A stretch of 64,000 nucleotides of DNA from an uncultured Syntrophus sp. (GCA_963665935.1 OY762510.1:1256347-1320346); one strand, 5' to 3'. Shown: positions 9,701-18,449, numbered from the stretch's first letter. Numbers and translations: made by a program. The notes: generated from the sequence alone by a model not told the origin.

Positions 9701-9938
9701 CTCCCTTTCCTTCCGGCAGACCCTGAAGCCATCCGCCTTCATAGCTGCAGCCATCGGGCCAGACATACTTTCCCTGCCCGGAAGGAAGTCCCTCCTGCCA
9801 GTCTCCCTCGTAGCGGCTCCCGTCGGGCCAGGTACAGACACCCGACCCGTTGAGCGGCGCATCCTGCCATTCGATGCGGTATGGATTTTCTTCGGAGACC
9901 CCTCGAACTAAATGTCCTAACACGATGTTTCGCACCAA
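6786..9938 (-). CDS. giant MORN / coiled-coil repeat / MORN protein
   Basis: 1050 aa with 3 N-terminal MORN units, a roughly 730-aa Ala/Glu/Gln/Lys-rich coiled-coil repeat region and 9 C-terminal MORN units. The start is TTG at 9938 (GTG is the next codon). No ATG is nearby, so the start is uncertain. Confidence 0.8.
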   Translation of the reverse strand: MVRNIVLGHLVRGVSEENPYRIEWQDAPLNGSGVCTWPDGSRYEGDWQEGLPSGQGKYVWPDGCSYEGGWLQGLPEGKGEYISSDGTRYKTEWKEGRSQRARETVELATELKLTVENQSKTISDLQHKLAQKVSSAQKADTRAVKDAEARFKALEAENISAENKVQALEQRAETLAAELKSSLENNQTTLADLQQQLSEQTASAQKAQAAIATAEGRCQTLEIENASAEERIQALEEQAQSLASELKDTVKDHQKTLAELQHQLELQRSAVQKAEVAAAAAEERLNALETKKLQAEERVRSLEQQEKISAVRLEAASESHQKAIAELQQQLKEQTDAAQKAQAAVADAENRCQTLQAEKTSAEEKVRTLEEQVEALADELNSSTRTQQKAVSKLQQELVLQTATLQKAEADAAKAAEDRYKALEAEKITAEEEAKTFKRQAKILAVELDSTIENNQKTIADLQQQLASQIEVAQRAVADAARTAEDRYKTLEAEKISAEEEVKTLKGQAEILAVELASTLENSQKTIIDLQQQLALQNIAAQQAKSAAATVEELCKNLGFEKISTEEKVKTLERQVDALKTELNDTAKAYQKSLYELQQQLKGQTEAVQKAEELAAADTDARYRALEADRISAENRIKTLEQQATKRLAELNITVEGQQKTIAKLEKQLALQSEAAQRAETAVTVSTEVEERYRVLEAEKASAEEMLRTLEEKVEADAAKLKNTVKNQKKKIADLKKQLALQISTVQQTEGSAAELEDRYNALQAVKITLEEKLKSFEEQAGTGADTGSIELTSTIDNQKKTITELAKQLAEAEERNRILQQKTASGVTDAVLSHVQFSKGYEDGRIYLGELIDDLPDGLGIMTFPDGAQFVGEWSAGERNGRGTQTSPDGSSYAGQWEKDAMAGEGILILPEERTYMGTWKNNLSDGKGIEISSDGKRYEGEFKRGKYEGQGTLTLANGTRYTGEFKNSLSNGKGILKYPNGDRYEGEFRNNQYHGQGTLTLTDGRKYTGELEKGLPHGQGIMILADGRKYIGEFRNGQFVDKKISRGG
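7464..9647 (-). repeat. about 10.5 tandem, diverged 67-72-aa (roughly 201-216 bp) coiled-coil repeats inside the MORN protein
   Basis: The recurring unit is ELxxTxENxQKTIADLQQQLAxQxxxAQKAxxAxxxAExRYxxLEAEKxSAEExxxxLExQAxxLAx. Unit heads read in order: ELKLTVENQSKT, ELKSSLENNQTT, ELKDTVKDHQKT, RLEAASESHQKA, ELNSSTRTQQKA, ELDSTIENNQKT, ELASTLENSQKT, ELNDTAKAYQKS, ELNITVEGQQKT, KLKNTVKNQKKK, ELTSTIDNQKKT. Confidence 0.8.
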
Positions 9939-9984
9939 ATCCCTGTAGAGAATAGGATTCGGTTTCTCTGCCTTACGGGACGGT

Positions 9985-11145
<1,161 letters not shown>

Positions 11146-11200
11146 TCAGAAAAGCTCGTCGGGTGTGTATTGGCGTTAACGGTCAATAAATTCAGACAAT

Positions 11201-11232
11201 ATAAAAAGGCAGAGCCAATTTGGCCCTGCCTT
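11201..11232 (-). terminator. rho-independent terminator after the PEP-CTERM gene
   Basis: The minus strand reads AAGGCAGGGCC-AAAUU-GGCUCUGCCUU followed by UUUAU, an 11-bp stem with one mismatch. Confidence 0.6.
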
Positions 11233-11260
11233 TCCGTAGTCAAAACGATTATGTGTTTCG

Positions 11261-11911
11261 TTATTTCTTAAATTTTTTCCCAGCTCCTGCCAAACCAACC
11301 AGACCGAAGCCAAGAAGCATTAGGGTAGTGGGTTCAGGAACAGAGGATACGGTGCCGAAAAAAGCAACGTGGGAAATTGAGCCCTGGTTTGGCCATGGAT
11401 TGTCTACGTAAATAGTATCGGTTCCGTTCCATGCATAATCCGCCACCACTGTTCCATTTACATAGACATCATGAAGATTAAGCAGATCATAGATGAACCA
11501 AACAGGACTATTAGCCGCTCCATCTTTCACTAAAAGGTACGTCGGATATGAAGTATTAATAGCTGGTTTCCCATTAACATATGATATAGTGGCTGTCTCA
11601 TTGCTCGTTGGCATCGTCGTGTTGTATGAACTTGCGTAAGATCCTGTAGCGGTTGGATAGCTTCCATTTTCCCAATGTCCTTGCCTATATAGCTCTGCTA
11701 CTGAATCGCCAGTGACCCAAGAAACCACTTCCGCATCAGGATTCTTCCATTTTGAATCGGAAAATGGGTATGAGCTGAAATCTTCATTTGTCCACTGTAT
11801 CGTGGTGGAGGGCTTGATTGTTACTGTGTCAGCGATTGCACTTGTCGCCAGGAAAAGCATCAGCATTGACATGCACAACAATCCAACCGATAAATTCTTT
11901 GTCTTTTTCAT
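11261..11911 (-). CDS. PEP-CTERM sorting-domain secreted protein
   Basis: 216 aa with an N-terminal signal peptide (MKKTKNLSVGLLCMSMLMLFLATSAIA). The C-terminus VPEPTTLMLLGFGLVGLAGAGKKFKK shows the PEP motif, a TM helix and a basic tail. There are several NxS/T sequons. AGGAGG lies upstream. Confidence 0.85.
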   Translation of the reverse strand: MKKTKNLSVGLLCMSMLMLFLATSAIADTVTIKPSTTIQWTNEDFSSYPFSDSKWKNPDAEVVSWVTGDSVAELYRQGHWENGSYPTATGSYASSYNTTMPTSNETATISYVNGKPAINTSYPTYLLVKDGAANSPVWFIYDLLNLHDVYVNGTVVADYAWNGTDTIYVDNPWPNQGSISHVAFFGTVSSVPEPTTLMLLGFGLVGLAGAGKKFKK

Positions 11912-11944
11912 ATTCTCACCTCCTTAATTTTCTATTAAAACAGC

Positions 11945-11960
11945 AGCAAGAGAGATGCCA
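11945..11960 (-). promoter_or_regulatory. sigma54 (-24/-12) type promoter for the PEP-CTERM gene
   Basis: The minus strand reads TGGCAT-CTCTC-TTGCT, with GG and GC in the canonical 12-nt register of TGGCAC-N5-TTGCW. It lies about 35 nt upstream of the ATG at 11911. Confidence 0.6.
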
Positions 11961-12390
11961 AAATGGTAACTTATTGATTATACAATTGTATTACCTTTAT
12001 AAGGCTTAAGGTGACGATTGGCTTTGTAAAAAATCCCGACAATTGGCTAGGGAGGAACCGATATCATGGGTTAAAAATTAATATATAATATCATGGTATT
12101 ATCAAAATCATGCTCTCTCCGTGATTTGAGTAGTATTATATATATGCTTGATAATCTTGAGATTTAATATTGTTTAAAAAATGTAAAATACTCCGACGTT
12201 TTTACCACCTCATAATAGAATGAGAGTAAAAGCGCAGGTAGGTTTCATATTCCTTGAGCGTTTTTTATTGGGATGCCCTTTACGTTGATTATGATCTGGA
12301 AGGGGCAGTGATCGTTATAAATTGGCGAAATTGTAAAATACTTTAGAAAATAGGGGAGAAAATAGAAAATAGAGAAAATAGAGAAAATAG

Positions 12391-12860
12391 GGGGACACTT
12401 CCCGTATTAAATTACTTTCTGCTTTTTGGGGCGACCTGCCTTGCCTGGTAATATCTTCCGGCAAAGTTTATTTTCCAATTCCGAAAGGAAGTCTTCGCTT
12501 CTCAAAGGACGCCCAGTTGAAGTATTCACCCTGATCTTTTGATCCCTCAGCGTATCTGTCTGCATCAGGAATGTCCGGTAGGCTTCCCGATCTTTTTCAT
12601 CAAGCCACCCTTTTCCTGTAAAAAATCCGTCTTCTTGTCCCCTAATATTGGCTCGGCAACTCGACCAAAGATAATCCTCCGGACGTGCCACCAGCGCCGA
12701 TTTTACAGGATTTTGCTCAATGTATCTTGCCACTGCCCATAAATAGGATTCCGTATCAACAATAGTCGAAAAGAATCGGTTCTGCCGCAATCGACCGCTA
12801 CGTTTGTATTTCCGGTTGAAGTGCTGTGTGTACAGAAGATTTGTCCTGCCGATGCAGCGG
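12391..12860 (-). pseudogene. 5'-truncated copy A of the IS200-like Y1 (RAYT-like) transposase gene, HUH motif lost
   Basis: Co-linear with 14648-15117 of the intact copy. ORF 12407..12790 encodes only the C-terminal 127 aa. Homology stops abruptly at ...GATGCAGCGG (12860), where the terminal repeat of copy B begins. Confidence 0.75.
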
Positions 12861-12868
12861 GGAAATAG

Positions 12869-13393
12869 GGGGACACTTCCCGTATTAAATTTCTTTCTGC
12901 TTTTCGGGGCGACCAGCCTTGCCTGGTAATATCTTTCGGCAAAGTTTATTTTCCAATTCCGAAAGGAAGTCTTCGCTTCCCAAGGGACGCCCCGTTGAAG
13001 TATTCACCCTGATCTTTTGATCCATCATCGTATCTGTTTGCATCAGGAATGTCCGGTAGGCTTCCCGATCTTTTTCATCAAGCCACCCTTTACCTGTAAC
13101 CAATCCGTCTTCTTGTCCCCTAATATTGGCTCGGCAACTCGACCAAAGATAGTCCTCTGGACGTGTCACCAGCATCGATTTTACAGGATTTTGCTCAATG
13201 TATCTTGCCACTGCCCATAAATAGGATTCCGTATCAATAATAGTCGAAAAGAATCGGTTCTGCCATAATCGACCGCTACGTTTGTATTTCCGGTTGAAGT
13301 GCTGTGTGTACAGAAGATTTGTCCTGCCGATGCAGCGGGACAATGACACATCACTGGCTGGAACGGCCAGGATATGGACATGGTTGGTCATCA
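12869..13393 (-). pseudogene. 5'-truncated copy B of the IS200-like Y1 (RAYT-like) transposase gene
   Basis: Co-linear with the intact copy up to ...GGTTGGTCATCA (13393), then unrelated AT-rich DNA follows. It retains NHVHIL but lacks roughly the first 45 codons. The track ORF 12885..13436 has a spurious N-terminus. Confidence 0.75.
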
Positions 13394-13496
13394 TATTAAT
13401 AAAAAGAACATGAAAATTAATATCGTAACTCGCCATGTATAGCGAATGACGGCATCAATGCTTAATCTGTCGCAATCAAATGTAGGCATGACGTTA

Positions 13497-13575
13497 GGCT
13501 AACGGGTGCCCGCGATTGCGCAACCACGAAGTGAAGCCGGCTGTTCGGGCGTCCCTGTTGAGCGGCATGTTGGGC
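13497..13575 (-). other. integron attC-like imperfect palindrome (candidate)
   Basis: The minus strand reads GCCCAAC-ATGCCGCTCAACAGGGACGCC...GCGGGCACCC-GTTAGCC. This shows an inverse-core-like RYYYAAC at the 5' end and a near-core GTTAGCC at the 3' end. The 5' arm resembles the classical aadA attC (AACAATTCGTTCAAGCCGACGCC). It sits 4 nt after the stop of ORF 13580..14557. Folding was only checked by eye. Confidence 0.3.
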
Positions 13576-13579
13576 TAAT

Positions 13580-14557
13580 CTACTTGCGTCGAATGAAGTC
13601 GACCATCAAGTAGGGGGTTTTTGTTTTGTTGGAATCGACCCCGGCCTCCGCTGTAGGGCGTACCACGATTCTCCAGCCGTACCAAGTTTTTCCTTCGATA
13701 GGAGTAATGGATGCGGATAAGGAAATTTCTTTATCGCCGACGACTTGCTGCACAGAACCCATCCAGCCTTTGCTTCCACAATAATTCAGAGGAAAATCGC
13801 CAACATTAATCCCTTCTTTGTTATTCACCGTGAAAAGATAGGTTTGATGATCGTTACTACGCACAAGCTTGAAAAAATATTGACCACCATCTTTGCATGC
13901 AGCGGATACCTCTACCATGCCATTTGAGTGTGACACTATGCTTGCTGGTTGATGGACCAGCCCGCATGCAGAAATACCCGAGTGACCGCCACCAAATAAA
14001 AAAGTTGTTATAACCCAGTCCCCTTTTAAGTGGTCTAGTGGGTCACTCGTTGTGTCGAGTTGAGATCTCCTGAGTTCTCTGAGAGCTCTCTCGATTCCCG
14101 CTTGAATCATTGGCTCCGCTGCATTCATCCGGTCAAGCATCAATTTGGCAAATCTTTCCTCAACGCCAAGCAACTTCTGAGGCAATACCTTGCCACCTGA
14201 AGTTGCGTACACGCTCAAAATACTACTGAGCTCTTCGTCATCGAATGTCTCCTGAATGATTCGTATCAGGTCTGGTTTTATGCGCACCCATGCAAGCTCA
14301 GTGCTCACGATCTGTGAAACCGTGGCTACAACAGTTTCGACCTCCTCTCGCTGATCAGCCGTGAGCGGCATTCCTCTGCCAAATCGTTCAGCGAAACCAC
14401 GGCGATTGAGCGTGTCAAGCGCTGCAAGCCTTTCCTGATGATGCTTTTCTGTCTGCAATACGATAAGCATCCTTTCAGCGTTCTCTACGGACGGGGGCGT
14501 TGCGATCGCAGATGTCGTCACGAAAACTGCACACAATGCGAAAAGAAGGGGTTTCAT
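13580..14557 (-). CDS. hypothetical secreted protein (cassette-like ORF)
   Basis: 325 aa with the signal peptide MKPLLFALCAVFVTTSAIA. The N-terminal half is helical and the C-terminal half is beta-rich and Cys-containing. I recognise no family. Confidence 0.6.
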   Translation of the reverse strand: MKPLLFALCAVFVTTSAIATPPSVENAERMLIVLQTEKHHQERLAALDTLNRRGFAERFGRGMPLTADQREEVETVVATVSQIVSTELAWVRIKPDLIRIIQETFDDEELSSILSVYATSGGKVLPQKLLGVEERFAKLMLDRMNAAEPMIQAGIERALRELRRSQLDTTSDPLDHLKGDWVITTFLFGGGHSGISACGLVHQPASIVSHSNGMVEVSAACKDGGQYFFKLVRSNDHQTYLFTVNNKEGINVGDFPLNYCGSKGWMGSVQQVVGDKEISLSASITPIEGKTWYGWRIVVRPTAEAGVDSNKTKTPYLMVDFIRRK

Positions 14558-14647
14558 AATGTACGGGCTCGATATGTAAAAGGTTGCCAGTTACCTGGCG
14601 CCCAACAAGTAATTCTATAAGAAAATATGGAAAATAGGGAAAATTAG

Positions 14648-15396
14648 GGGGACGCTTCCCGTATTAAATTACATTCTGCTTTTTGGGGCGACCAGCCTTG
14701 CCTGGCAATATCTTTCGGCAAAGTTTATTTTCCAATTCCGAAAGGAAGTCTTCGCTTCCCAAAGGACGCCCAGTTGAAGTATTCACCCTGATCTTTTGAT
14801 CCATCAGCGTATCCGTTTGCATCAGGAATGTCCGGTAGGCTTCCCGATCTTTTCCATCAAGCCACCCTTTACCTGTAACCAATCCGTCTTCTTGTCCCCT
14901 AATATTGGCTCGGCAACTCGACCAAAGATAGTCCTCCGGATGATTTACCAGCGCCGATTTTACAGGATTTTGCTCGATGTATCTTGCCACTGCCCATAAA
15001 TAGGATTCCGTATCAACAATAGTCGAAAAGAAACGGTTCTGCCATAATCGACCGCTGCGATTGTATTTCCTGTTGAAGTGCTGTGTGTACAGAAGATTTG
15101 TCCTGCCGATGCAGCGGGACAATGACACATCACTGGCTGGAACGGCCAGGATATGGACATGGTTGGTCATCAGGCAATAGGCCCAGACGTCAACGGCCAA
15201 TCTTTCGCAGTAGTCTTTCAGCAGTGATAAGTACTTGGCTTTGTCTTCATCATCCAAAAAGACATCGACGCGGTTATTACCCCGCTGGGTGATATGATGT
15301 GGATAATGGGGCGCTATGATACGGGCGATTCTAGGCATGAAAAATTTCTACATTGATCTGCGCCAGTTGTCAAACAAAAATACGGGAAGTGTCCCC
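14648..15396 (-). mobile_element. intact RAYT-like / IS200-superfamily unit bounded by 18-bp inverted repeats
   Basis: GGGGACGCTTCCCGTATT at 14648-14665 is the inverted complement of AATACGGGAAGTGTCCCC at 15379-15396 (17/18 match). The left repeat overlaps the stop codon. The same 18-mer ends copies A (12391-12408) and B (12869-12886). Confidence 0.7.
14664..15338 (-). CDS. IS200-like Y1 (HUH) transposase, REP-associated tyrosine transposase-like
   Basis: 224 aa: MPRIARIIAPHYPHHITQRGNNR..., with the HUH motif NHVHIL and the tyrosine motif ARYIEQNPVKSALV, typical of the COG1943/Y1_Tnp family. Confidence 0.8.
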   Translation of the reverse strand: MPRIARIIAPHYPHHITQRGNNRVDVFLDDEDKAKYLSLLKDYCERLAVDVWAYCLMTNHVHILAVPASDVSLSRCIGRTNLLYTQHFNRKYNRSGRLWQNRFFSTIVDTESYLWAVARYIEQNPVKSALVNHPEDYLWSSCRANIRGQEDGLVTGKGWLDGKDREAYRTFLMQTDTLMDQKIRVNTSTGRPLGSEDFLSELENKLCRKILPGKAGRPKKQNVI

Positions 15397-15419
15397 TTGT
15401 TAACGGGTGGAAAAAGTGC

Positions 15420-16586
15420 TCATCCTGTCCGCAGGGCATCCACGATCTGCAGGCGGGCGGCCCGGAGGGCCGGCAGGACGCCGCCGACGAAGCCCATGAT
15501 CAGGGCGAAGAGCAGGGAAAAAGTCACGATTTCCGGGGTCAGGGTAAAGCTGAAGGCCAGTTCGGAGAAGGTCTGAAAGTTCATGGTCGACACGGTGATC
15601 AACTGCAGAAAGGACGCCAGGAAGAGGCCTACGATCCCGCCGAGGAGTCCGAGGAGGAGAGACTCCATCAGGAAGGCCAGGAGGATGCTGCGCCGCTGAA
15701 AGCCCAGGGCCCGCAGGGTGCCGATTTCGCTGGTCCGGTTGGCCACGGCGGCGTACATGGTGATCATGGCGCCGATCATGGCCCCCAGGGAAAAGACGAG
15801 GGTCAGGGTGAGGCCGACGATCCGCAGGAATTTGGCCATCATCTCCGACTGTTCGGCGTAGTATTTCGTTTCCCGCTTGACCTCGACGGTGAGGCGTGGA
15901 TCCCGTTCCAGCCGCGCCTTGATCGACTCGAAACCCACTGAATTGCGGAGGCGGAAGAGGACGGAGGAATAGGCAGGGCGTCGGAAAGCGGCCATGAGCT
16001 GATCCGCATCGCCCCAGATTTCCGAGCCGTATCCCCTGTTTCCCGCGTTGAAGACCCCGACGATCCGCCAGTTCCGCATCCCGCAGCACAGGGTATCATT
16101 GAGACCACCCCCCTGGAAGCGCTTGGCGATGCTGGCGCCGGCCATCATCTCCAGGGACCCCGGCCGCGGCAGACGGCCGGCCACCAGCTTCACCTGGGGG
16201 CGGAGGGCCAGGGAGGAGGGGCCGATGCCGCGGAGGACAACGTTGCCCGGATCACCGCTGACCCGTTTGGGGAGCGTGACCAGGACGACGAGTTCCTTGG
16301 CGAAGAGGGGACGGCCTTCGGGACCGAGGGCGATTTCCTTTTCCGTTTCGAGAATGGCCGCCTGGTCGCGGGGCACGCCGCTCTGGACCTCGGAAACCGA
16401 TCCTTTCCGGATGGCCACGACATTGTCGAAAACCCCTGTTTCCACCAGCGTTGTCTGCAACCCCTCCGCCAGCATCAGGATGGCGGCAAAGACAAAGACC
16501 ACGAGGGCCATGCCGGCGATCGTCAGGGCGGTCGTCAGGCGGCGCGTCCAGAGATTCCGCAGGGTGTAACTGACGGGGAGAGCCAT
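15420..16586 (-). CDS. ABC transporter permease, FtsX/MacB-type
   Basis: FtsX-like 4-TM layout with a large periplasmic loop. I prefer the start MALPVSYTLRNLW at 16586, which overlaps the upstream stop (TGATG). The longer track ORF (to 16805) overlaps the upstream permease gene. Confidence 0.8.
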   Translation of the reverse strand: MALPVSYTLRNLWTRRLTTALTIAGMALVVFVFAAILMLAEGLQTTLVETGVFDNVVAIRKGSVSEVQSGVPRDQAAILETEKEIALGPEGRPLFAKELVVLVTLPKRVSGDPGNVVLRGIGPSSLALRPQVKLVAGRLPRPGSLEMMAGASIAKRFQGGGLNDTLCCGMRNWRIVGVFNAGNRGYGSEIWGDADQLMAAFRRPAYSSVLFRLRNSVGFESIKARLERDPRLTVEVKRETKYYAEQSEMMAKFLRIVGLTLTLVFSLGAMIGAMITMYAAVANRTSEIGTLRALGFQRRSILLAFLMESLLLGLLGGIVGLFLASFLQLITVSTMNFQTFSELAFSFTLTPEIVTFSLLFALIMGFVGGVLPALRAARLQIVDALRTG

Positions 16587-17743
16587 CAGGCGATCCTCCT
16601 CAGTCCCTCTGCGATGCGGATGCCGATGGCCCGCTGGAGGGGGATCAGGGCGGCTATGACCCCCACCAGGAGAGCGGCGGCCAGGTCCAGATAGAGCGTA
16701 TTGACCGAGATGTTGAAAATTGGGAAATAGGTCGCCAGTTTTTCCTTGATCAGCGCGGCGGCGGGGTAGGTCAGGGCGATCCCCAGGGCGCAGCCGAGCA
16801 GGCAAATGACCAGGGATTCCCCCAGGATCAGGACGGCAAGGTGCCGGCTGCGGAACCCCAGGGTTTTCAGCACGGCATATTCCCCGAAACGCTCCCTCGT
16901 CGTCATGGCCATGGTGTTGGCCACGACGGCCAGGATGATGAAAATGACGACGAAAGACACGATCTGAATGGCCACCACGATGGCCCCCGTCATGGCGATG
17001 AACCCTAACTGGAAGGCCTTTTCCGTCTCCGTCAGGGTTTCCGCCATGGAATTCTTGAAGAGCCGGTCGATGGCCGTGGCCACTTCCTCGGCCACTTCGG
17101 GGCGATTCACGCCGACCATGTAGAAGCCCACCTGGTCCGCGCGTCCCGGGGCCGTTTTTTTCAGGGATTCATTGAGATAGTCCCACTGAAAGACGAACTG
17201 CGTCTCGTCCACGGTTTGGTCCCGCCCCCGGTAGATACCCCGCAGCACGAAATCCCAGTTCCCCGGAAAAATCGTCCCCTTCAGCGTGACGGTGTCTCCC
17301 AGCCGCCAGCCGTATTTTTCCGCGAGCTTGCGCCCGGCAACAAATCCCTTGCGGTCCCGGAGAAAGGCGGCCTTTTCGACGGGGGAGAGGGTATATTCGG
17401 GGTAAAGGATCAGATAGCTTTCCGGCTCGACGGCGAAGTTGGCAAAGAAGTTCTTCTCGTCGATGTAGATCCCGCCGAACCAGTTGCCCCAGGAAACCGT
17501 CTGGACGCCGCTGACCTGGCGGATTTTTTCCTTGTAGGAGAAGGGGAGGGGGAAGATGAGGGAGATGGAGTTACGCGTGACGAGCCGGGTGGCCGAAGAG
17601 GCCGCGACCCCGGCGTACCAGGCGTCGACGAGGGTGCGGAGCAACCCGAAGGCCAGGATGGCGAGGGCGACCCCGAGGATGGTGAGTCCGCTGCGCAGCC
17701 GGTTGCGGAAGGCGTTTCTAAAGAGAAGACGGAAGAGCATCAT
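16586..17743 (-). CDS. ABC transporter permease, FtsX/MacB-type
   Basis: 385 aa starting [29 protein letters not shown], with C-terminal FtsX helices. Confidence 0.8.
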   Translation of the reverse strand: MMLFRLLFRNAFRNRLRSGLTILGVALAILAFGLLRTLVDAWYAGVAASSATRLVTRNSISLIFPLPFSYKEKIRQVSGVQTVSWGNWFGGIYIDEKNFFANFAVEPESYLILYPEYTLSPVEKAAFLRDRKGFVAGRKLAEKYGWRLGDTVTLKGTIFPGNWDFVLRGIYRGRDQTVDETQFVFQWDYLNESLKKTAPGRADQVGFYMVGVNRPEVAEEVATAIDRLFKNSMAETLTETEKAFQLGFIAMTGAIVVAIQIVSFVVIFIILAVVANTMAMTTRERFGEYAVLKTLGFRSRHLAVLILGESLVICLLGCALGIALTYPAAALIKEKLATYFPIFNISVNTLYLDLAAALLVGVIAALIPLQRAIGIRIAEGLRRIA

Positions 17744-18449
17744 TCGTCAGGGTTCCCTTCTCCAGATGACGGATAATCCTGGCCCTTTCCGCTGCCCGGG
17801 GGTCGTGGGTCACCATGATGATGGTCTTGCCGGACTCCTCGTTGAGGCGTTCCATGAGATTGAGGATCTCCTCCGCGGAGTGCCGGTCCAGATCCCCGGT
17901 GGGTTCGTCGGCAACGAGGATCGCCGGATCGGTGATCACCGCCCGGGCGATGGCGACCCGCTGCTGTTCCCCTCCCGAAAGCTGGCGGGGGTAATGATCG
18001 CTGCGGTCGGCAAGGTTCACGACCCGCAGGGCCATCTCTACATGCTCCTGCCGTTCCTTCCGGGACAGGGAGGTCAGATAGAGGGGCAGTTCGATGTTCT
18101 CGTAAGCAGTCAGAACGGGGATCAGGTTGTAGAACTGAAAGATGAAGCCCACATGGGTTGCCCGCCAGTGGGCCAGTTCCGTTTCCGCCAGGGCCGTGAT
18201 GTCCAGGCCGCCCACGAGGATCGTTCCCTGGTCCACGGTGTCGATGCCGGCGATCAGATTGAGCAGGGTGCTCTTCCCTGACCCCGAGGGGCCCATGAGG
18301 GCCAGGAATTCCCCTTCAGCGATGTCGAAGGAGATGTCCTCCAGGACGGGGACGGGGCGATTCCCCCGCCAGTAGGACTTGCTGACGTCCCGGATGGACA
18401 CCATGGGCCTGGCGGATCGGCTGTCTTCGCTTCCCATGGCAATTCTCAC
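17718..18449 (-). CDS. ABC transporter ATP-binding protein (MacB/LolD-like)
   Basis: Walker [10 protein letters not shown], signature [14 protein letters not shown], Walker B ILVADEPT. The GTG at 18449 overlaps the MFP stop. The ATG at 18437 is an alternative start. Confidence 0.9.
   Translation of the reverse strand: MRIAMGSEDSRSARPMVSIRDVSKSYWRGNRPVPVLEDISFDIAEGEFLALMGPSGSGKSTLLNLIAGIDTVDQGTILVGGLDITALAETELAHWRATHVGFIFQFYNLIPVLTAYENIELPLYLTSLSRKERQEHVEMALRVVNLADRSDHYPRQLSGGEQQRVAIARAVITDPAILVADEPTGDLDRHSAEEILNLMERLNEESGKTIIMVTHDPRAAERARIIRHLEKGTLTNDALPSSL

Noticed and set aside
12345-12390. GAAAATAG short tandem repeats (also at 14620-14646), considered as a possible CRISPR or minisatellite.
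   Set aside because: - The units are only 7-9 bp, directly abutting, with no spacers, and there are no cas genes.
- They are sub-terminal microrepeats attached to the RAYT-element end, not a CRISPR array.
15420-16805. N-terminal extensions of track ORFs: 15420..16805, 9985..11136, 24224..24736, 37668..39059, 39196..40869, 44153..44662 and 55554..56489.
   Set aside because: - In each case an internal ATG with a good Shine-Dalgarno sequence coincides with the start of recognisable homology.
- In some cases that ATG also removes an overlap with the upstream gene.
- The shorter coordinates are reported in the feature list.
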